Below, one piece after another: positions 45,788-58,013 of a DNA stretch of 64,000 nucleotides. Position 1 is the first letter of the stretch; each line of letters begins with the position of its first letter. The stretch is from positions 13,863 through 77,862 of the forward strand of contig PWMT01000127.1 of NCBI GenBank assembly GCA_003558085.1. The letters are read 5' to 3'. The position numbers and the translations under genes were made by a program. The stretch comes from Methanobacteriaceae archaeon. GTDB lineage: Archaea > Methanobacteriota > Methanobacteria > Methanobacteriales > Methanobacteriaceae. Under the pieces are notes generated by a model. The model had not been told where the DNA came from. It worked only from the letters and a program-made list of their open reading frames with translations, and did not search any database.

Positions 45788-45962
45788 AAATCTAAATAAA
45801 TCTAGATTATGTCTTATATATTTAATTTAAAAAAAATTATCTATCCATGAATTAAAATATTACCAAATAATATATAATAATCTAAGAAGAGATTAATTAA
45901 TATAGTAATTATTTAAAAGATTGTTAAAAAAAATCTATTTACTATAAGCTGGGAGGATTAGC

Positions 45963-46622
45963 ATGGAAAAACGCTACCCTCGGATATTATTCCGTAAAAG
46001 GCTCAAAGATTTGAGAAAAGAAGTGAATGATATTGGGAAACTAACTTTAAAAGCCCATAAAGATTCAGTGAATATATTTGCAGATTATGATGAAAACATG
46101 GTGGAAGATGTTTTAGCTACTTCAAAAAAAATAGATGAAATGGTATTTTATCTAGAAAGAAAATGTATCAGTATTATTGCTGCTGAACAACCTGTGGCTA
46201 AAGATTTAAGATTTATTGAGGCCTGTATTAAAGTAGGAAGTCATTTAAAAAGGATAGGACATTTAGCAGCTAATATTGCCCAGGCTTCTGATTATATTAA
46301 AGATGAAACTATTCCGAAAAAACCACAGGAAGATCTCAAACACATGGCTGATTTTGTACAGATGATGCTGAGTAAAGGTATACATGCCTTTTTAGATCAA
46401 AACATGGAAATGGCCCGGGAATTAAAACAAGATGATGATAAGGTGGATGATTTATTTGATCAAGCCCTAGAACACATTACTCGCAGCATGTTTAAAGATA
46501 AAGAATCTATTTCTTACTTGGTTCATCTTTTATTCGTGGCCCGTTATATGGAGAGAGTGGGTGATAGAGCTGTAAGCATTGCTGATAAAACCATCTTTAT
46601 GATCACCTGTGAAAAACCATAA
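45963..46622 (+). CDS. phoU: phosphate signalling protein PhoU
   Basis: EQPVAKDLR, DDKVDDL, ERVGDRA. Confidence 0.93.
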   Translation: MEKRYPRILFRKRLKDLRKEVNDIGKLTLKAHKDSVNIFADYDENMVEDVLATSKKIDEMVFYLERKCISIIAAEQPVAKDLRFIEACIKVGSHLKRIGHLAANIAQASDYIKDETIPKKPQEDLKHMADFVQMMLSKGIHAFLDQNMEMARELKQDDDKVDDLFDQALEHITRSMFKDKESISYLVHLLFVARYMERVGDRAVSIADKTIFMITCEKP

Positions 46623-46650
46623 ATCAATTAAACTATAAAGATAAAATTAT

Positions 46651-47493
46651 TTACTTGGGAATTAACCGTTTAGAGGCATGTCTTCCAGCCCAACACTGAA
46701 TACATACTCCAATAGGCAATCCTGCTGTATGGGTATGTGCACTTTTTATTTTCACATCTAATGCTGTTGTCTTACCTCCTAAACCCATAGGCCCGATACC
46801 AGAAGCATTTATTTCTTCTAATATTTCTTTTTCCATCTTGGCTAAAGTTTTATCAGGATTTATAGTTCCTATTTTCTCTAGTAACGCTTTTTTAGCTATT
46901 TTCATGGCCATGTCAGAAGATCCGCCAATCCCCACCCCTACAATAACTGGAGGGCATGGTTTTCCCTGGGCAGCTATAACCGTATCCACCACAAAACGTT
47001 TTATACCATCAATACCTTCCCCAGGAAGCCCCATTTTTAATGCATTATTGTTCTCCGACCCAAAACCCTTGGGAAAAACAGTAAACTCCACATAATCTTT
47101 TTCTATCAGTTCTACATCCACTTGAGGAATACCTTCTCCAATATTATTGCCAGTATTAACCCTAGTTAAAGGATGAACCACGTTGGGTCTTAAAGGTATT
47201 TTCTGCGTAGCTTTTTCCACACCTTTACTCACTCCTTCCATCAGATTATCTACCTCTACCCTGCCTAATTTAACAAATACAATAGGTAAACCTGTATCCT
47301 GGCATAAAGGTATCTTATTTTCCTCTGCTATTAGGATATTATCAAATATGGCTTTTAAATTTAATCGACCCATTGCACTGTTTTCTTCAGCATATGCCTT
47401 TTCTAAAGCAATTTTCACATCATCAGGGAGTTTAATCACTGCTTGCTTAAAGAGTTTATATATGGTCTCTTCTATTATTTCTTGGGTCATCAT
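46651..47493 (-). CDS. class I fumarate hydratase alpha subunit (Fe-S hydro-lyase)
   Basis: PLCQDTG, KGFGSEN, PCPP, GPMGLGG, QCWA. Confidence 0.9.
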   Translation of the reverse strand: MMTQEIIEETIYKLFKQAVIKLPDDVKIALEKAYAEENSAMGRLNLKAIFDNILIAEENKIPLCQDTGLPIVFVKLGRVEVDNLMEGVSKGVEKATQKIPLRPNVVHPLTRVNTGNNIGEGIPQVDVELIEKDYVEFTVFPKGFGSENNNALKMGLPGEGIDGIKRFVVDTVIAAQGKPCPPVIVGVGIGGSSDMAMKIAKKALLEKIGTINPDKTLAKMEKEILEEINASGIGPMGLGGKTTALDVKIKSAHTHTAGLPIGVCIQCWAGRHASKRLIPK

Positions 47494-47671
47494 TAGCTTT
47501 ACCTCTTGAAAATAAATTCTAAAATTTTTCTCCATATTAGTATTTTTTAAGCATAAAAAAATATTATAGAGGATCTAAACTCGGGGTTAATTAAATATTT
47601 TAAAAAAATTAATAATTTAAAACTTTCTAAATAAAAAAAATGATTTGAAATAATAGAAACAAAATAATTGT

Positions 47672-48103
47672 TTAATGTTTCATAATTAATTTCAAACGTT
47701 CTAATTCTTGAGTAATTTTTTCCCTTTTCTCAGTTAATAGTTCTTCAGAATCAACCAGCAAAGCTTTAGTAGGACAACTTAAAACACAGCAAGGCTCATC
47801 TAAATCTATACAAAGGTCACATTTAGTGGCAACGCCTTTCTCATTGAGATTAATTACACCAATAGGACAGACCTCCCGGCAAAGACCACATCCAATGCAT
47901 TTTTCTTCTTCAATAATTATAGCCCCTTCTACTTCATATATGGCCTCTTCTGGACATATATTTAGACAAGGTGCTTTATCCGGAGTGCAATGTAGGCAAA
48001 AAATTGGAACGCCATTTATGATTCGAATAGCGTTTTGAGGACAATTTCGCTCACATTTCATGCATTCATCACATAATTCTGGCTTTGAAACTAATTCTCT
48101 CAT
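47672..48103 (-). CDS. porF: polyferredoxin of the pyruvate synthase operon (PorF-like)
   Basis: Several CxxCxxC...CP motifs; last gene of the por cluster. Confidence 0.8.
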   Translation of the reverse strand: MRELVSKPELCDECMKCERNCPQNAIRIINGVPIFCLHCTPDKAPCLNICPEEAIYEVEGAIIIEEEKCIGCGLCREVCPIGVINLNEKGVATKCDLCIDLDEPCCVLSCPTKALLVDSEELLTEKREKITQELERLKLIMKH

Positions 48104-48113
48104 TCTAAGCCTC

Positions 48114-48602
48114 CTACTGGAATACTTTCTTTGCCTTGGATTTGGTGGTTAATAAGCTGATAATATCCGAGCCTTTCTTAGGCTTTTTACCTGACATTTT
48201 AGCAACGTGATCGGCCTGTTTTTCATTTTTAAGTTTCTCAGTATCTATCATAGAAATGGCTCTTCTAGAACAGGCTTTAATGCAAGAAGGGGTTTCAAGA
48301 TCAGGGCACTGATGACATTTATGTGCTTTGCGATCCTCCATAACTACAGCACCAAATGGACATACCAGCATACATAAGCCACAGCCGATACATCTTTTAG
48401 ATATTACTTCCTTATCAGCTATGGCCTCAGTGGGACATATGCTTTCACAAGGTGCATCCTCACATTGTTGACAGATGATAGGATAATAAGATCCTTCAAT
48501 TTCCCGAATCATTATTCTTGATGCACCGTAAAGTTTAGCACAAGCTTCTTCACAGTCCATACATCCATCACATAGATCTGGTTGAATTATTAATTTATCC
48601 AA
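48114..48602 (-). CDS. porE: polyferredoxin of the pyruvate synthase operon (PorE-like)
   Basis: [29 protein letters not shown]; directly after porB. Confidence 0.8.
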   Translation of the reverse strand: MDKLIIQPDLCDGCMDCEEACAKLYGASRIMIREIEGSYYPIICQQCEDAPCESICPTEAIADKEVISKRCIGCGLCMLVCPFGAVVMEDRKAHKCHQCPDLETPSCIKACSRRAISMIDTEKLKNEKQADHVAKMSGKKPKKGSDIISLLTTKSKAKKVFQ

Positions 48603-48613
48603 GGTTTATCCCC

Positions 48614-49480
48614 CTATATTTTCAACTCAGTACATATTTTATTAACGTATTGCTGTATTTTTTCTTTTTCATCATCAGCAAGATGTTTAAATCTTTTTTG
48701 AGCTTCCAAATATTCATTGACCGGTTTTCTTTGCATGGGCCGGTATGTTACTTTGAATTCCCCATCCACAATCTCATAAAGTATCCAGGATCCCGTTTCT
48801 ACAGCTAAACGACCTAATTCAATAGTTTTAGATGGATCAAATCCCCATCCTGTAGTACATGGCTGATGAAGATGGATGTAGGATGGACCTTCCACCTTAG
48901 AAGCTTTTTTAACTTTTTGCATGAAATCTTCTGGATAAGAAATAGATGCGGTAGCTACATAGGGAACTCCATGAGCAGCCATGATCATGGGTATATTTTT
49001 TTTAGGTTTATCTTCCCCAAAACTTACTTTACCATGTGGAGAAGTAGTGGTTGAAGCACCATATGGGGTAGCCCCACTTCTTTGTATTCCGGTATTCATG
49101 TAAGCTTCATTATCATAACAGATATAGATCAGGTTATGACCTCTTTCCATTGCTCCAGATAATGCCTGCATACCAATATCTGCAGTACCTCCATCTCCAG
49201 CAAAGACCACTACATTAACATCATCTTTTCCCTGTTTTTTAAGTGCTCTTTCTACTCCTGAAGCCACGGCAGCTGCATTTTCAAAGGCTACATGTATCCA
49301 GGGTATTTCCCAGGCAGTCTCAGGAAATGGGGTTGTAATAACTTCTAAACAACCTGTAGGTGAGATGGCCACTGTATTCTTGCCCAGCATTTTTAGGGCT
49401 AACCTTACCCCTACTGTAGCTCCACATCCTGCACATCCTCGGTGACCTGGGGCAAGGAATTCTTCTTCAGGTATTTTCAT
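48614..49480 (-). CDS. porB: pyruvate synthase beta subunit
   Basis: [12 protein letters not shown] motif GDGG...[10 protein letters not shown]. Confidence 0.96.
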   Translation of the reverse strand: MKIPEEEFLAPGHRGCAGCGATVGVRLALKMLGKNTVAISPTGCLEVITTPFPETAWEIPWIHVAFENAAAVASGVERALKKQGKDDVNVVVFAGDGGTADIGMQALSGAMERGHNLIYICYDNEAYMNTGIQRSGATPYGASTTTSPHGKVSFGEDKPKKNIPMIMAAHGVPYVATASISYPEDFMQKVKKASKVEGPSYIHLHQPCTTGWGFDPSKTIELGRLAVETGSWILYEIVDGEFKVTYRPMQRKPVNEYLEAQKRFKHLADDEKEKIQQYVNKICTELKI

Positions 49481-50629
49481 TTAGATTTCCTCCTTTAATC
49501 CAATCCAGGTTATATCTTGGGTGGGATTTTTGGTCTTGTTTACAATATCTTCTATATGAACTGGGGTAATGTCTCTTCCCCCCAGTCCCAGAATAAAACC
49601 ATAAGCTTCCACATCAATGTTGGCTTTGATTTCAGTATAAACTGCGCCACCCATCCCAAAACTTATGTTTTTGTCTAAAACCGCTATTTTATCTGCATCT
49701 TTAACGGCGTTAGCTATTTCTTTTTTAGGGAATGGTCGGAAGCTTATTAGTTTTAAAAGACCAACTTTTTCGCCTCGACTTCTTAGTTCATCCACCACAT
49801 CTTTAATGGTGCTGCAAAGCGAACCCATGGCCACAAGAATAATCTCTGCATCATCACAATGATATTCTTCTATGAAACCATACTCTCGACCAAAAATTTC
49901 TTTGAATTCCTGGTTAACTTTTTCAATTACCTTCCTGGATTTTTCCATAGCTACTTGAATTTGATAACGTGCTTCCATGTAATAGTTAGGGTCAGTGAAC
50001 GTACCCAGAGATCGTGGATCTTGTGGGTCTAAATAAGATTCGTGGGCTTTATATTCAGTTAAAAAATTATCTACTAATTCTTGAGATGGTATATCCACTG
50101 GTTCAACAGTATGGGTGAGAATGAATCCATCTAAACATACCATACTAGGTAAAAGTATATCAGAATTTTCTGAAATCTTATAGGATCTCAATATCGAGTC
50201 TAAGGCTTCTTGTCCATTTTCAGCATATATCTGCATCCAACCAGTATCACGCTGAGAAATGGAATCTTGATGATCATTCCAGATACTTAAAGGAGCAGCT
50301 AAGGAGCGGTTAGCATTGGCCATTACTATGGGGTTTCTTAGACCGGCTGCAGCAAATAAAATTTCATGCATAAGTGCTAAGCCCTGAGAAGCGGTTGCAG
50401 TAAATACCCTTACTCCTGTTCCTGATGCTCCAATCGCTGCACTTATAGCACTATGTTCGGATTCAACCCTTATGAATTCTGCATCTAGTTCTCCATCTGC
50501 CACAAATTTTGCTAGATACTCTGATATGGAAGTTTGTGGTGTGATGGGATAAACTGGAATAACTTGGGGTTTAGCAAGTTTTACTGCATTGGATACAGCT
50601 TGATTAGCAGAAATAACTTTGACTACCAT
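49481..50629 (-). CDS. porA: pyruvate synthase alpha subunit
   Basis: YPITPQT, ESEHSA, TASQGL, GLGGRD. Confidence 0.96.
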   Translation of the reverse strand: MVVKVISANQAVSNAVKLAKPQVIPVYPITPQTSISEYLAKFVADGELDAEFIRVESEHSAISAAIGASGTGVRVFTATASQGLALMHEILFAAAGLRNPIVMANANRSLAAPLSIWNDHQDSISQRDTGWMQIYAENGQEALDSILRSYKISENSDILLPSMVCLDGFILTHTVEPVDIPSQELVDNFLTEYKAHESYLDPQDPRSLGTFTDPNYYMEARYQIQVAMEKSRKVIEKVNQEFKEIFGREYGFIEEYHCDDAEIILVAMGSLCSTIKDVVDELRSRGEKVGLLKLISFRPFPKKEIANAVKDADKIAVLDKNISFGMGGAVYTEIKANIDVEAYGFILGLGGRDITPVHIEDIVNKTKNPTQDITWIGLKEEI

Positions 50630-50872
50630 TTATTCTCTCTCCATTTTAATGGCTTTCACTGGGCATTCTACTTCACAGATGCCACAGCCTTTACAATAAT
50701 CAAAATCTATATCATAATCTTTATTGATACAACCCTCTGGACAGAAAAGAATACAGTTATCACAATCAATACACTTTTCTAGGTCCAAAACAGGTCTGAA
50801 AGTTCTCCAACTTCCAGTTTTATTTTTCCGGGTACTTCCCGGTTCTTTTACAGTTCCTCCGATGGAATCCAT
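50630..50872 (-). CDS. porD: pyruvate synthase delta subunit
   Basis: KTGSWRTFRP, CIDCDNC..FCP, CKGCGIC..ECP. Confidence 0.95.
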   Translation of the reverse strand: MDSIGGTVKEPGSTRKNKTGSWRTFRPVLDLEKCIDCDNCILFCPEGCINKDYDIDFDYCKGCGICEVECPVKAIKMERE

Positions 50873-50890
50873 GTCAATCACCTGTTATAG

Positions 50891-51430
50891 TTAATTTCGC
50901 AGTTTTTCAAGTTGCTCATATGCAATTTGAGCTGCTTTAGCATTTTTTTCCCCAATTTTTCCAGGGAAAGTTTCCTTTATGATTTTCATGATCGAATCTA
51001 TACTAACTTCACCGGTTGCTCCAGCAAAAGCCCCTAACATTATGGTATTAACAATAGGAAGGCCTAATTTATCCAGTGCTATACTGGTAGCATCAATAGT
51101 ATAAGTTTTAGATTTTTCAGAGGATGGAACATCTTTATTTGTATTTAATATTACCTTTCCCCCTTCTTGAATCCCAGAAAATACTGGGGCTGCTTCTAAA
51201 AGTCCATCATCCAGCACTAGCACATAATTCGGCTCGTAAACTTGATATCTTCTTCTTATTGGTTCTTCATTTATTCTGGTAAATGCCATAACGGGAGCGC
51301 CTCTTCTTTCAACGCCAAAAAATGGAAAAGCTTGACAATATTTTCCATCTTCGAAAGCAGCTTTGGCTAAAATCTCTGCTGCAGTAACGGCACCTTGCCC
51401 GCCACGCCCATGAAATCGAATTTCGATCAT
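50891..51430 (-). CDS. porC: pyruvate synthase gamma subunit
   Basis: [27 protein letters not shown]. Confidence 0.95.
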
Positions 51431-51516
51431 ATTTTACCTCCATTCCGCATAGTTAATCATTATAAATTTTTAATATATATAGGTGATGGTCATTATTTTA
51501 TTATAGAGGCCCTGAA

Positions 51517-53091
51517 ATGAAGGTACTTATCATCACTGGAAAATTAGCTAAAAATCTTGTTAAAAATGTTTCGTCACGTTCCAAAAAAAATGTGATTGTA
51601 CATGTTGTTAACACTCCCATAGCAGCTTTCTTAACCCCTAAAAAAATAATCGAAGAGCTTAATTCTCAAAAAGATTTTGATTTAAAATCTATTGATACTT
51701 TAATTGTCCCTGGTCTGATTAAAAAGGATGTTAAGTATATCAAGGAAAAAACAGGCATACCTTCCTATAAAGGCCCCACTGATGCTGCTGATTTGGACAT
51801 TGTTTTGGATTTAATGGAAGACCTTGAATTATCTTCTAAAACATCTGCAGATAAATTAATCGAAGAAGAACAAAGAAAAAAAGCCTTAAAAATTATAGAT
51901 GACTTTGAAAATGATGAACCATTAATTAAAAAGCTTTTAAAAAAGGAAGAAAATATTTTAGTTGGATCCTTACCGGTAGGTGAAGATTTTCCCATGAGAG
52001 TTCTATCTGAAATAGCCAATGCACCTTTGTTAAGCCCAGAAAATTTAGTTAAAAGAGCAAAATACTTTGTAAAATCTGGTGCAGACATGATAGATTTAGG
52101 AATGATGGCTGGAGAAAATCTCTCCCACAAAATACCAGAAATGGTAGCTTTAATCCGAAAACATGTAGGAAACATACCGCTTAGCATTGATTCTCTTAAT
52201 CCTGCTGAAATCGAAGTAGCCTTAGAAGCAGGTGTAGATATGGTTCTTAGCCTGGATCATGGAAATTATGAAGAGTTATTACCCTTGCTCCAGGAGAAGA
52301 ATGTACCTGCGGTTATATTACCTACAGATTATCAGCGGGGATGGGTACCAAAAACAATAAGTGATAGAGTTAATTCTCTTATTGAATTAAAGGATAAGTG
52401 CGCTACTATTGAGGTCATTGCTGATCTGATACTTGATCCTATAAACAGTCAGAGTATAGTAGATTCTATTCTGGCCTGTCAGCAATTCTATAAAAATAAT
52501 AAATGTCCTCTGTTTTTTGGGATAGGAAATGTTACAGAACTATTAGATACGGATTCTGTAGGTGTTAACGCTTTATTATCAGGAATTGCAATGGAATTAG
52601 GGGCAAGCATACTTTTTACACCTGAAGAAAGTGGTAAAACAAGGGGAAGTGTATATGAACTCGCGGTTTCATCAAAAATGATGTTTTTAGCTAAAAAAAG
52701 ATCTTCAGTGCCTAAAGATTTAGGTATTAACCTGGTTTACTTTAAAGATAAACGTCAGGGTGAAAAAGTTCAAGAAGAATTAGAAGTCCCAGTGATTAAA
52801 ACCAAAGAAACTAACAAATTTATCCAAGATCCTGCCGGAAGTTTCAAAATAATGATAGAAGATGATGAGATAAAAGTAGTTCACTATTTAAACTGGAAAC
52901 CTACCTTGGCATTGAAAGGGCAGAAAGCCAAAATACTATATGAAAATATTTTAAAACTCAATTTAGTTTCCCAACTAGAACATGCAGCCTATCTTGGTTC
53001 AGAACTACAAAAAGCTGAAATAGCCATTAAAACTGGTAAAAATTATACTCAAGATTTCGAATTATTTGAAAAACCTTTTAAACTAATTTAA
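51517..53091 (+). CDS. dihydropteroate synthase-related protein with C-terminal DUF4346-like domain
   Basis: [37 protein letters not shown]. Confidence 0.85.
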   Translation: MKVLIITGKLAKNLVKNVSSRSKKNVIVHVVNTPIAAFLTPKKIIEELNSQKDFDLKSIDTLIVPGLIKKDVKYIKEKTGIPSYKGPTDAADLDIVLDLMEDLELSSKTSADKLIEEEQRKKALKIIDDFENDEPLIKKLLKKEENILVGSLPVGEDFPMRVLSEIANAPLLSPENLVKRAKYFVKSGADMIDLGMMAGENLSHKIPEMVALIRKHVGNIPLSIDSLNPAEIEVALEAGVDMVLSLDHGNYEELLPLLQEKNVPAVILPTDYQRGWVPKTISDRVNSLIELKDKCATIEVIADLILDPINSQSIVDSILACQQFYKNNKCPLFFGIGNVTELLDTDSVGVNALLSGIAMELGASILFTPEESGKTRGSVYELAVSSKMMFLAKKRSSVPKDLGINLVYFKDKRQGEKVQEELEVPVIKTKETNKFIQDPAGSFKIMIEDDEIKVVHYLNWKPTLALKGQKAKILYENILKLNLVSQLEHAAYLGSELQKAEIAIKTGKNYTQDFELFEKPFKLI

Positions 53092-53232
53092 CTTATAAAA
53101 AGATTATTATAATAACTTCTTTAATCCTTAAATGAACAGTTTACCTTGAATTAATAAATTCCTTAAGCTTATCCTTTAACTTAAATGATTTAAACTAAGT
53201 TTTAGTCTCCATGTGAGAAAAATTATTGGTGA

Positions 53233-54189
53233 ATGATGATGAAATGTACTCGTTGTGATAAAGCAGAGATAATCATAGAAAGAAAGCATTCTGGTCAAAG
53301 GCTATGTATAGAATGTTTCATTTTAAGCATTCAAAAAAAAGTATTAAAAGATATCCGCAAACAAAAACTCATAGAAAAGGGTGATCGAGTAGCAGTGGCC
53401 TTATCTGGGGGTAAGGATAGTGTAACTGTTTTAGATATATTAAATTCTCTTTATGAGAGAAAAATTATTGATCTTATGGCTATTACCATAGACGAAGGAA
53501 TCCAGGGCTATCGAGATGAAGCCATACAAATCGCTGCTAAACACGCTCAACAACTGGGAATTAAACACCGCATAGTTAGTTTTAAAGAATGTTTTAATTT
53601 ATCTCTAGACGAAATTATGGCTTCAGATCCTTCACGTGGAGCCTGTACTTACTGCGGGGTTTTAAGACGCTGGATCATAAATAAAACTGCCCGAGAAATG
53701 GGTGCCACTAAAATTGTCACCGGTCATAACCTGGACGATGAAACACAATCTATTTTGATGAATTACTTGGAAGGGAATATTGATAATTTAACCCGCATCG
53801 GGGCCCGAACCTTCCCTGCCAGTGACAATTTCGTCGTAAAAATAAAACCATTACGTGAAATTCCAGAAAAAGAAGTGGGAATCTACGTATTAGCCCGAAA
53901 CCTAGAAGCACATTTTGCAGGATGTCCTTATTCTCGAGATTCTTTTCGAGCAGAGATAGCTCAAATCGTAAAAGACTTATCTAAAAATCATCCAACTATT
54001 ATGTATTCCACCTTGCGCGGTTTTGATAAAATAAAAATTGCTTTAAAAAAGGAGTATTCTCCTGGCTTTAACCTTAAAAATTGTATTAATTGTGGTGAGC
54101 CCTCTGCTCAAAAACTTTGTCGGGCCTGTCTGTTTTGCCGGGAAATAGAAAAACATATTCATAGAAATAAATTTAATGCAAATTATTAA
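53233..54189 (+). CDS. tRNA 2-thiolation protein (TtuA/NcsA family)
   Basis: N- and C-terminal Zn fingers, [25 protein letters not shown]. Confidence 0.9.
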   Translation: MMMKCTRCDKAEIIIERKHSGQRLCIECFILSIQKKVLKDIRKQKLIEKGDRVAVALSGGKDSVTVLDILNSLYERKIIDLMAITIDEGIQGYRDEAIQIAAKHAQQLGIKHRIVSFKECFNLSLDEIMASDPSRGACTYCGVLRRWIINKTAREMGATKIVTGHNLDDETQSILMNYLEGNIDNLTRIGARTFPASDNFVVKIKPLREIPEKEVGIYVLARNLEAHFAGCPYSRDSFRAEIAQIVKDLSKNHPTIMYSTLRGFDKIKIALKKEYSPGFNLKNCINCGEPSAQKLCRACLFCREIEKHIHRNKFNANY

Positions 54190-54212
54190 CCATCAACTTT
54201 TAGAGGGAAACA

Positions 54213-54413
54213 ATGCAATTCACATTAATAAACGGTGAAAAAAAAGAAACCAAACCCTTAAAAAAAAATTTAACTATTAAAAAATTATTGGATGAAATAG
54301 AAACTCCGCTAGAGACTGTGGTAGTCAAAAAAAACGGAGAAATTGTAATTGAAGAAGAAATTATTCAAGATGAAGATATAATAGAAGTCATTCACATAAT
54401 CTATGGTGGTTAA
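54213..54413 (+). CDS. ThiS/MoaD/SAMP-like ubiquitin-fold sulfur carrier
   Basis: 66 aa, VVKKNGEIV, C-terminal GG; adjacent to the TtuA-family gene. Confidence 0.9.
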   Translation: MQFTLINGEKKETKPLKKNLTIKKLLDEIETPLETVVVKKNGEIVIEEEIIQDEDIIEVIHIIYGG

Positions 54414-54522
54414 ACAGGAATTTTTTTTAAAACAATTATTTTTTTAAACCTTGGATGATCAGCGGTTTGATTTTATAGGTACATATTGCTAATTTTTACT
54501 CATATAAGCAGTGGAGGATATT

Positions 54523-55386
54523 ATGAAAGTATATTACCAATGCGCACCTTGTTTTTTACGCCAGGCAAAAGAAGCTTTAGAATTAGCTACATCTGATTCA
54601 AGATTAAGATTAGAAATCATGGAAGAAGTGGTTCAATTATTGGCTAATAAATTTAAAGCAGGTGCTCCATCTAATGCAATTGGAACTGGTATACATCGGC
54701 TGATAAAAGAAAAGACTAATAATCCAGATCCCTACTTAGATGAAAAGAAAAGAGGTAATTTAATTGCAGAAAAATTTGAACCTAAAATTTTAGCTGCATT
54801 AGAAGAAGATCCTACCCTAAAAAATTATATTAAAGCAGCTATAGTGGGTAATTTATTAGATTTTGCTGCTATGGGAGTGAATTTTGATCCATCATCGATT
54901 TTGTTAAAAAAACTAAAAGAACCTATAGTACTGGATCATAGCCAGGAATTAGAGCAGGCTTTAAATGAGTGCCAATCACTAATCTACTTGGCAGATAATG
55001 CAGGTGAAATCGTATTTGATAAATTACTTCTTGAAAAAATAAAATCATATGGGCTGGATATAACAGTAGCATTGAAAGCTAAACCCATCCTAAACGATGC
55101 CACTATAGAAGATGCATTAGAGATTGGTTTAGACCGGTTTTCCAAGCTTACTACAATAGGCACGGATTCTGTGGGAATAATTGCTGAGGAAATTTCCCCA
55201 GATTTTAAAAAAGAGCTAGAAAAAACAGATTTAATCATCTCCAAAGGTATGGGTAATTATGAAGGTTTAACTGAAATGGAACTTGGTGAAAAATTAGTAT
55301 TCTCTCTACTCAATGTAAAATGCGGTGCCATATCTCAGGACATTGGTATAGAAGAAGGCTCTGCTGCAGTAATAAGAATAAATTGA
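54523..55386 (+). CDS. DUF89/ARMT1-like damage-control phosphatase
   Basis: CAPC, DPY, GNLLD, DNAGE, NDAT, KGMGNYE, VKC. Confidence 0.9.
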   Translation: MKVYYQCAPCFLRQAKEALELATSDSRLRLEIMEEVVQLLANKFKAGAPSNAIGTGIHRLIKEKTNNPDPYLDEKKRGNLIAEKFEPKILAALEEDPTLKNYIKAAIVGNLLDFAAMGVNFDPSSILLKKLKEPIVLDHSQELEQALNECQSLIYLADNAGEIVFDKLLLEKIKSYGLDITVALKAKPILNDATIEDALEIGLDRFSKLTTIGTDSVGIIAEEISPDFKKELEKTDLIISKGMGNYEGLTEMELGEKLVFSLLNVKCGAISQDIGIEEGSAAVIRIN

Positions 55387-55469
55387 GATTAAGCATTTGG
55401 GTACGAGATTATATTTAATAGAAATTCAGTTAAGGGAATCTTTTTGTAGTTATCTAAGCAATTCATATT

Positions 55470-55910
55470 ATGAAAAAATGGGTTTTATTTGCAACAGGAT
55501 TAAGTATCGTTTTAATAGCGACTATGGCTTTACAGCATTCTTACTTGGAAGATAATGATTTAATTCCAGATAATATAGTAGAAAATAAGGAATTTAATTG
55601 GTACACAGATTTTAATTCAGCTATTAGTGCAGCAGGAAATACGAATCAAAATATATTCGCAGTATTTACAGCTGATTGGTGTGTTGCCTGCAGAAAACTT
55701 GATTCAGAAAGCCTATCTAATTTTAATGTTCAACAAAAACTTTCCCAGAATTATATTAACCTGAAAATAAATATAGATACTAATCCCCAGCTTTCAAGAA
55801 AGTATGGAATATTCACCATACCTACTTTACTGATTTTGGATTCTAATGGGGGGGAGTTGGAAAGGTTAGAGGGATATCAATCACCTAATCAGCTTTTAGA
55901 GTTTTTATAG
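55470..55910 (+). CDS. membrane-anchored thioredoxin-like protein
   Basis: N-terminal hydrophobic anchor, WCVAC, TIPT. Confidence 0.88.
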   Translation: MKKWVLFATGLSIVLIATMALQHSYLEDNDLIPDNIVENKEFNWYTDFNSAISAAGNTNQNIFAVFTADWCVACRKLDSESLSNFNVQQKLSQNYINLKINIDTNPQLSRKYGIFTIPTLLILDSNGGELERLEGYQSPNQLLEFL

Positions 55911-56098
55911 GGTTCTTAATAGATTTTATAACTGAATTGGACTAATTGGAATATGTGGGGGATATAATAGGATATTTATTTAATAGATATTGGTGGTCTT
56001 ATTAAATAGTTAAAATAGCTTTTTGTAAAAGATGTTTATGGTATTATTAAAATGAAAATATCAAATTTAGTTAGATAATTACTTTTTCAGGTGCTTAT

Positions 56099-56710
56099 AT
56101 GGTAATATCTCCTCTTCTATCATTTTTGGCTGGAATAGCATCAGTTATTTCTCCCTGTGTACTGCCAGTAATACCAGCATTAATAGGATATATATTGATG
56201 GAAAAAAAGAAAACCGAAATCATATCCTTTATTTTCGGCTTAAACCTCATATTTTTATTGATAATAACTTTAACCATAATCTTCACAGCTGCCCTCAACT
56301 ATTATCTTTATTATATTCGAATAATCTCTGCCATTTTATTAGTAGTTTTAGGATTTTTCCTGCTAAAAAATAAATATTTTCATTTTTCCTTAATAGTATC
56401 TTCAAACAAAGATAAAGGATTTCTTGGAGGTTTTCTATGGGGTTTTATAGTTTCTCTAGCTTGGGCTTCCTGTTACACACCATATTTAATAGCTTTGATA
56501 GCTTATAGTGTTTATACTGCCAATCCAATTATAACGGCCTTAAATCTAATTTCCTATGTTTTAGGATTTTCCATAACCCTATTTACCCTAGGAATGTTAA
56601 TCTCTAAGATAAATATAAAAAAATTAAGTGGGTACAGTTACCAGCTTAGAATTATAGCTGGACTATTAATCATTTTAACAGGTTTATATCTGTTATGGCT
56701 AGCCATCTAA
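56099..56710 (+). CDS. CcdA/DsbD-family transmembrane electron transporter
   Basis: SPCVLP and WASCYTP cysteine motifs; six hydrophobic segments. Confidence 0.88.
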   Translation: MVISPLLSFLAGIASVISPCVLPVIPALIGYILMEKKKTEIISFIFGLNLIFLLIITLTIIFTAALNYYLYYIRIISAILLVVLGFFLLKNKYFHFSLIVSSNKDKGFLGGFLWGFIVSLAWASCYTPYLIALIAYSVYTANPIITALNLISYVLGFSITLFTLGMLISKINIKKLSGYSYQLRIIAGLLIILTGLYLLWLAI

Positions 56711-56772
56711 CTAATTCAACTGATTAAGAATATAATAAGTGAAAACCATATTTACTAAAAGGAGGCTTAGAA

Positions 56773-57603
56773 ATTAAAATTGGTTTTATTGGTTTTGGGG
56801 AAGTAGCATCAAAAATTGCCGCTGAACTTATAAAAAATGGATTAGAAGTATTAACCTGTATAGTGGGTCGAAGTGATCTTACTCAAAAAGCAGCACTAGA
56901 ACAAAAAGTACAATTAGTTTCCAATTATAAAATAATGGCTGAAAAATCCAATATGATAATATCTGCGGTGACTCCTTCTTCTGCTGTGCAGGCTGCTGAA
57001 TTAGTGGGCAATGACTTTAAGGGGATCTATGTAGACTTAAATAGCATATCTCCTATGCAATTACTCTCGGTATCTAATAATTTAAAAACAGCTAAAGTGG
57101 TTGATGGTGCCATAATTGGAAGCATTGACCAAAAGATTAATCAAGTTCAAATTATAGCATCAGGAGAACATGCCCGGGAGTTTGCCCGACTTAATTATTT
57201 CGGTTTAAATATAAAAATTGTGGGGGCTGAAATTGGCCATGCATCGGCAATTAAAATGTTGAGAAGTTCTTATACTAAGGGCCTATCTGCTCTTTTATGG
57301 GAAACATTTCATGCGGCCTATAAATTAGGAATCGACGAAGAGCTTTTAAAAACTATTTCCATTACCGAAGGCCCTCAATTTGAATCAGCAGCTATTTCTA
57401 GAATAAAAAGTACCGCATTCCATGCTTCAAGACGTGCTGAGGAGATGCAGCAAGTTAAATCCTTTTTATCCGAGATTGACAATCCCCTCATGGTGCACTG
57501 TGTGGAAAAAACTTTTAAAGAGATTATACGAAAACTAGGAAAACTGGATAAAAAGCCCCCTTCAACTAAATTTGTTTTTAGTTTATGGGAAAATCAATTC
57601 TAA
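56773..57603 (+). CDS. NAD(P)-dependent oxidoreductase (beta-hydroxyacid dehydrogenase/DUF1932-like); probable ATT start
   Basis: Rossmann motif (I)KIGFIGFGEVA lies in frame upstream of the 56863 GTG; SD GGAGG 7 nt before ATT; ASAIKMLRS; RRAEEM. Confidence 0.88.
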   Translation: MKIGFIGFGEVASKIAAELIKNGLEVLTCIVGRSDLTQKAALEQKVQLVSNYKIMAEKSNMIISAVTPSSAVQAAELVGNDFKGIYVDLNSISPMQLLSVSNNLKTAKVVDGAIIGSIDQKINQVQIIASGEHAREFARLNYFGLNIKIVGAEIGHASAIKMLRSSYTKGLSALLWETFHAAYKLGIDEELLKTISITEGPQFESAAISRIKSTAFHASRRAEEMQQVKSFLSEIDNPLMVHCVEKTFKEIIRKLGKLDKKPPSTKFVFSLWENQF

Positions 57604-57800
57604 GTAGATATTTGAAAAATAATTTGCTTTACAAATTCATAAAGGGCAATATTAAAAACTTAGGGTTTTTGAAAAATTGCGTTTTTGAATAAATAATATT
57701 CTTAATTTAAGTTAAAAAAATTTATAGTCAGCCTAAAACATAATATATCTGATAAAAAGTAAGATATTAAATAGAAAGTTTAGATAGGGGGCTTTATGCT

Positions 57801-58013
57801 ATGACCCTGCAAGAACAACTAAATGATTGTAAAGAGACATTGACTCAACTTGTGGGTAAAAAAGTGAAGGATGTTGATTTTAAATCTTCAGAGGAGTGTT
57901 GGAGAATATATATCTATACTGATCAGGGAAAAATTGTAATGTCTTATTGTCATGGTTGGGTTTGCCCAGCAATAGAACATCGTCGCCCCAAACCTATAGA
58001 AAGTGATAAATAA
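57801..58013 (+). CDS. hypothetical 70-aa protein
   Basis: ORF preceded by GGGGG; CHGWVCP motif; no family recognised. Confidence 0.7.
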   Translation: MTLQEQLNDCKETLTQLVGKKVKDVDFKSSEECWRIYIYTDQGKIVMSYCHGWVCPAIEHRRPKPIESDK

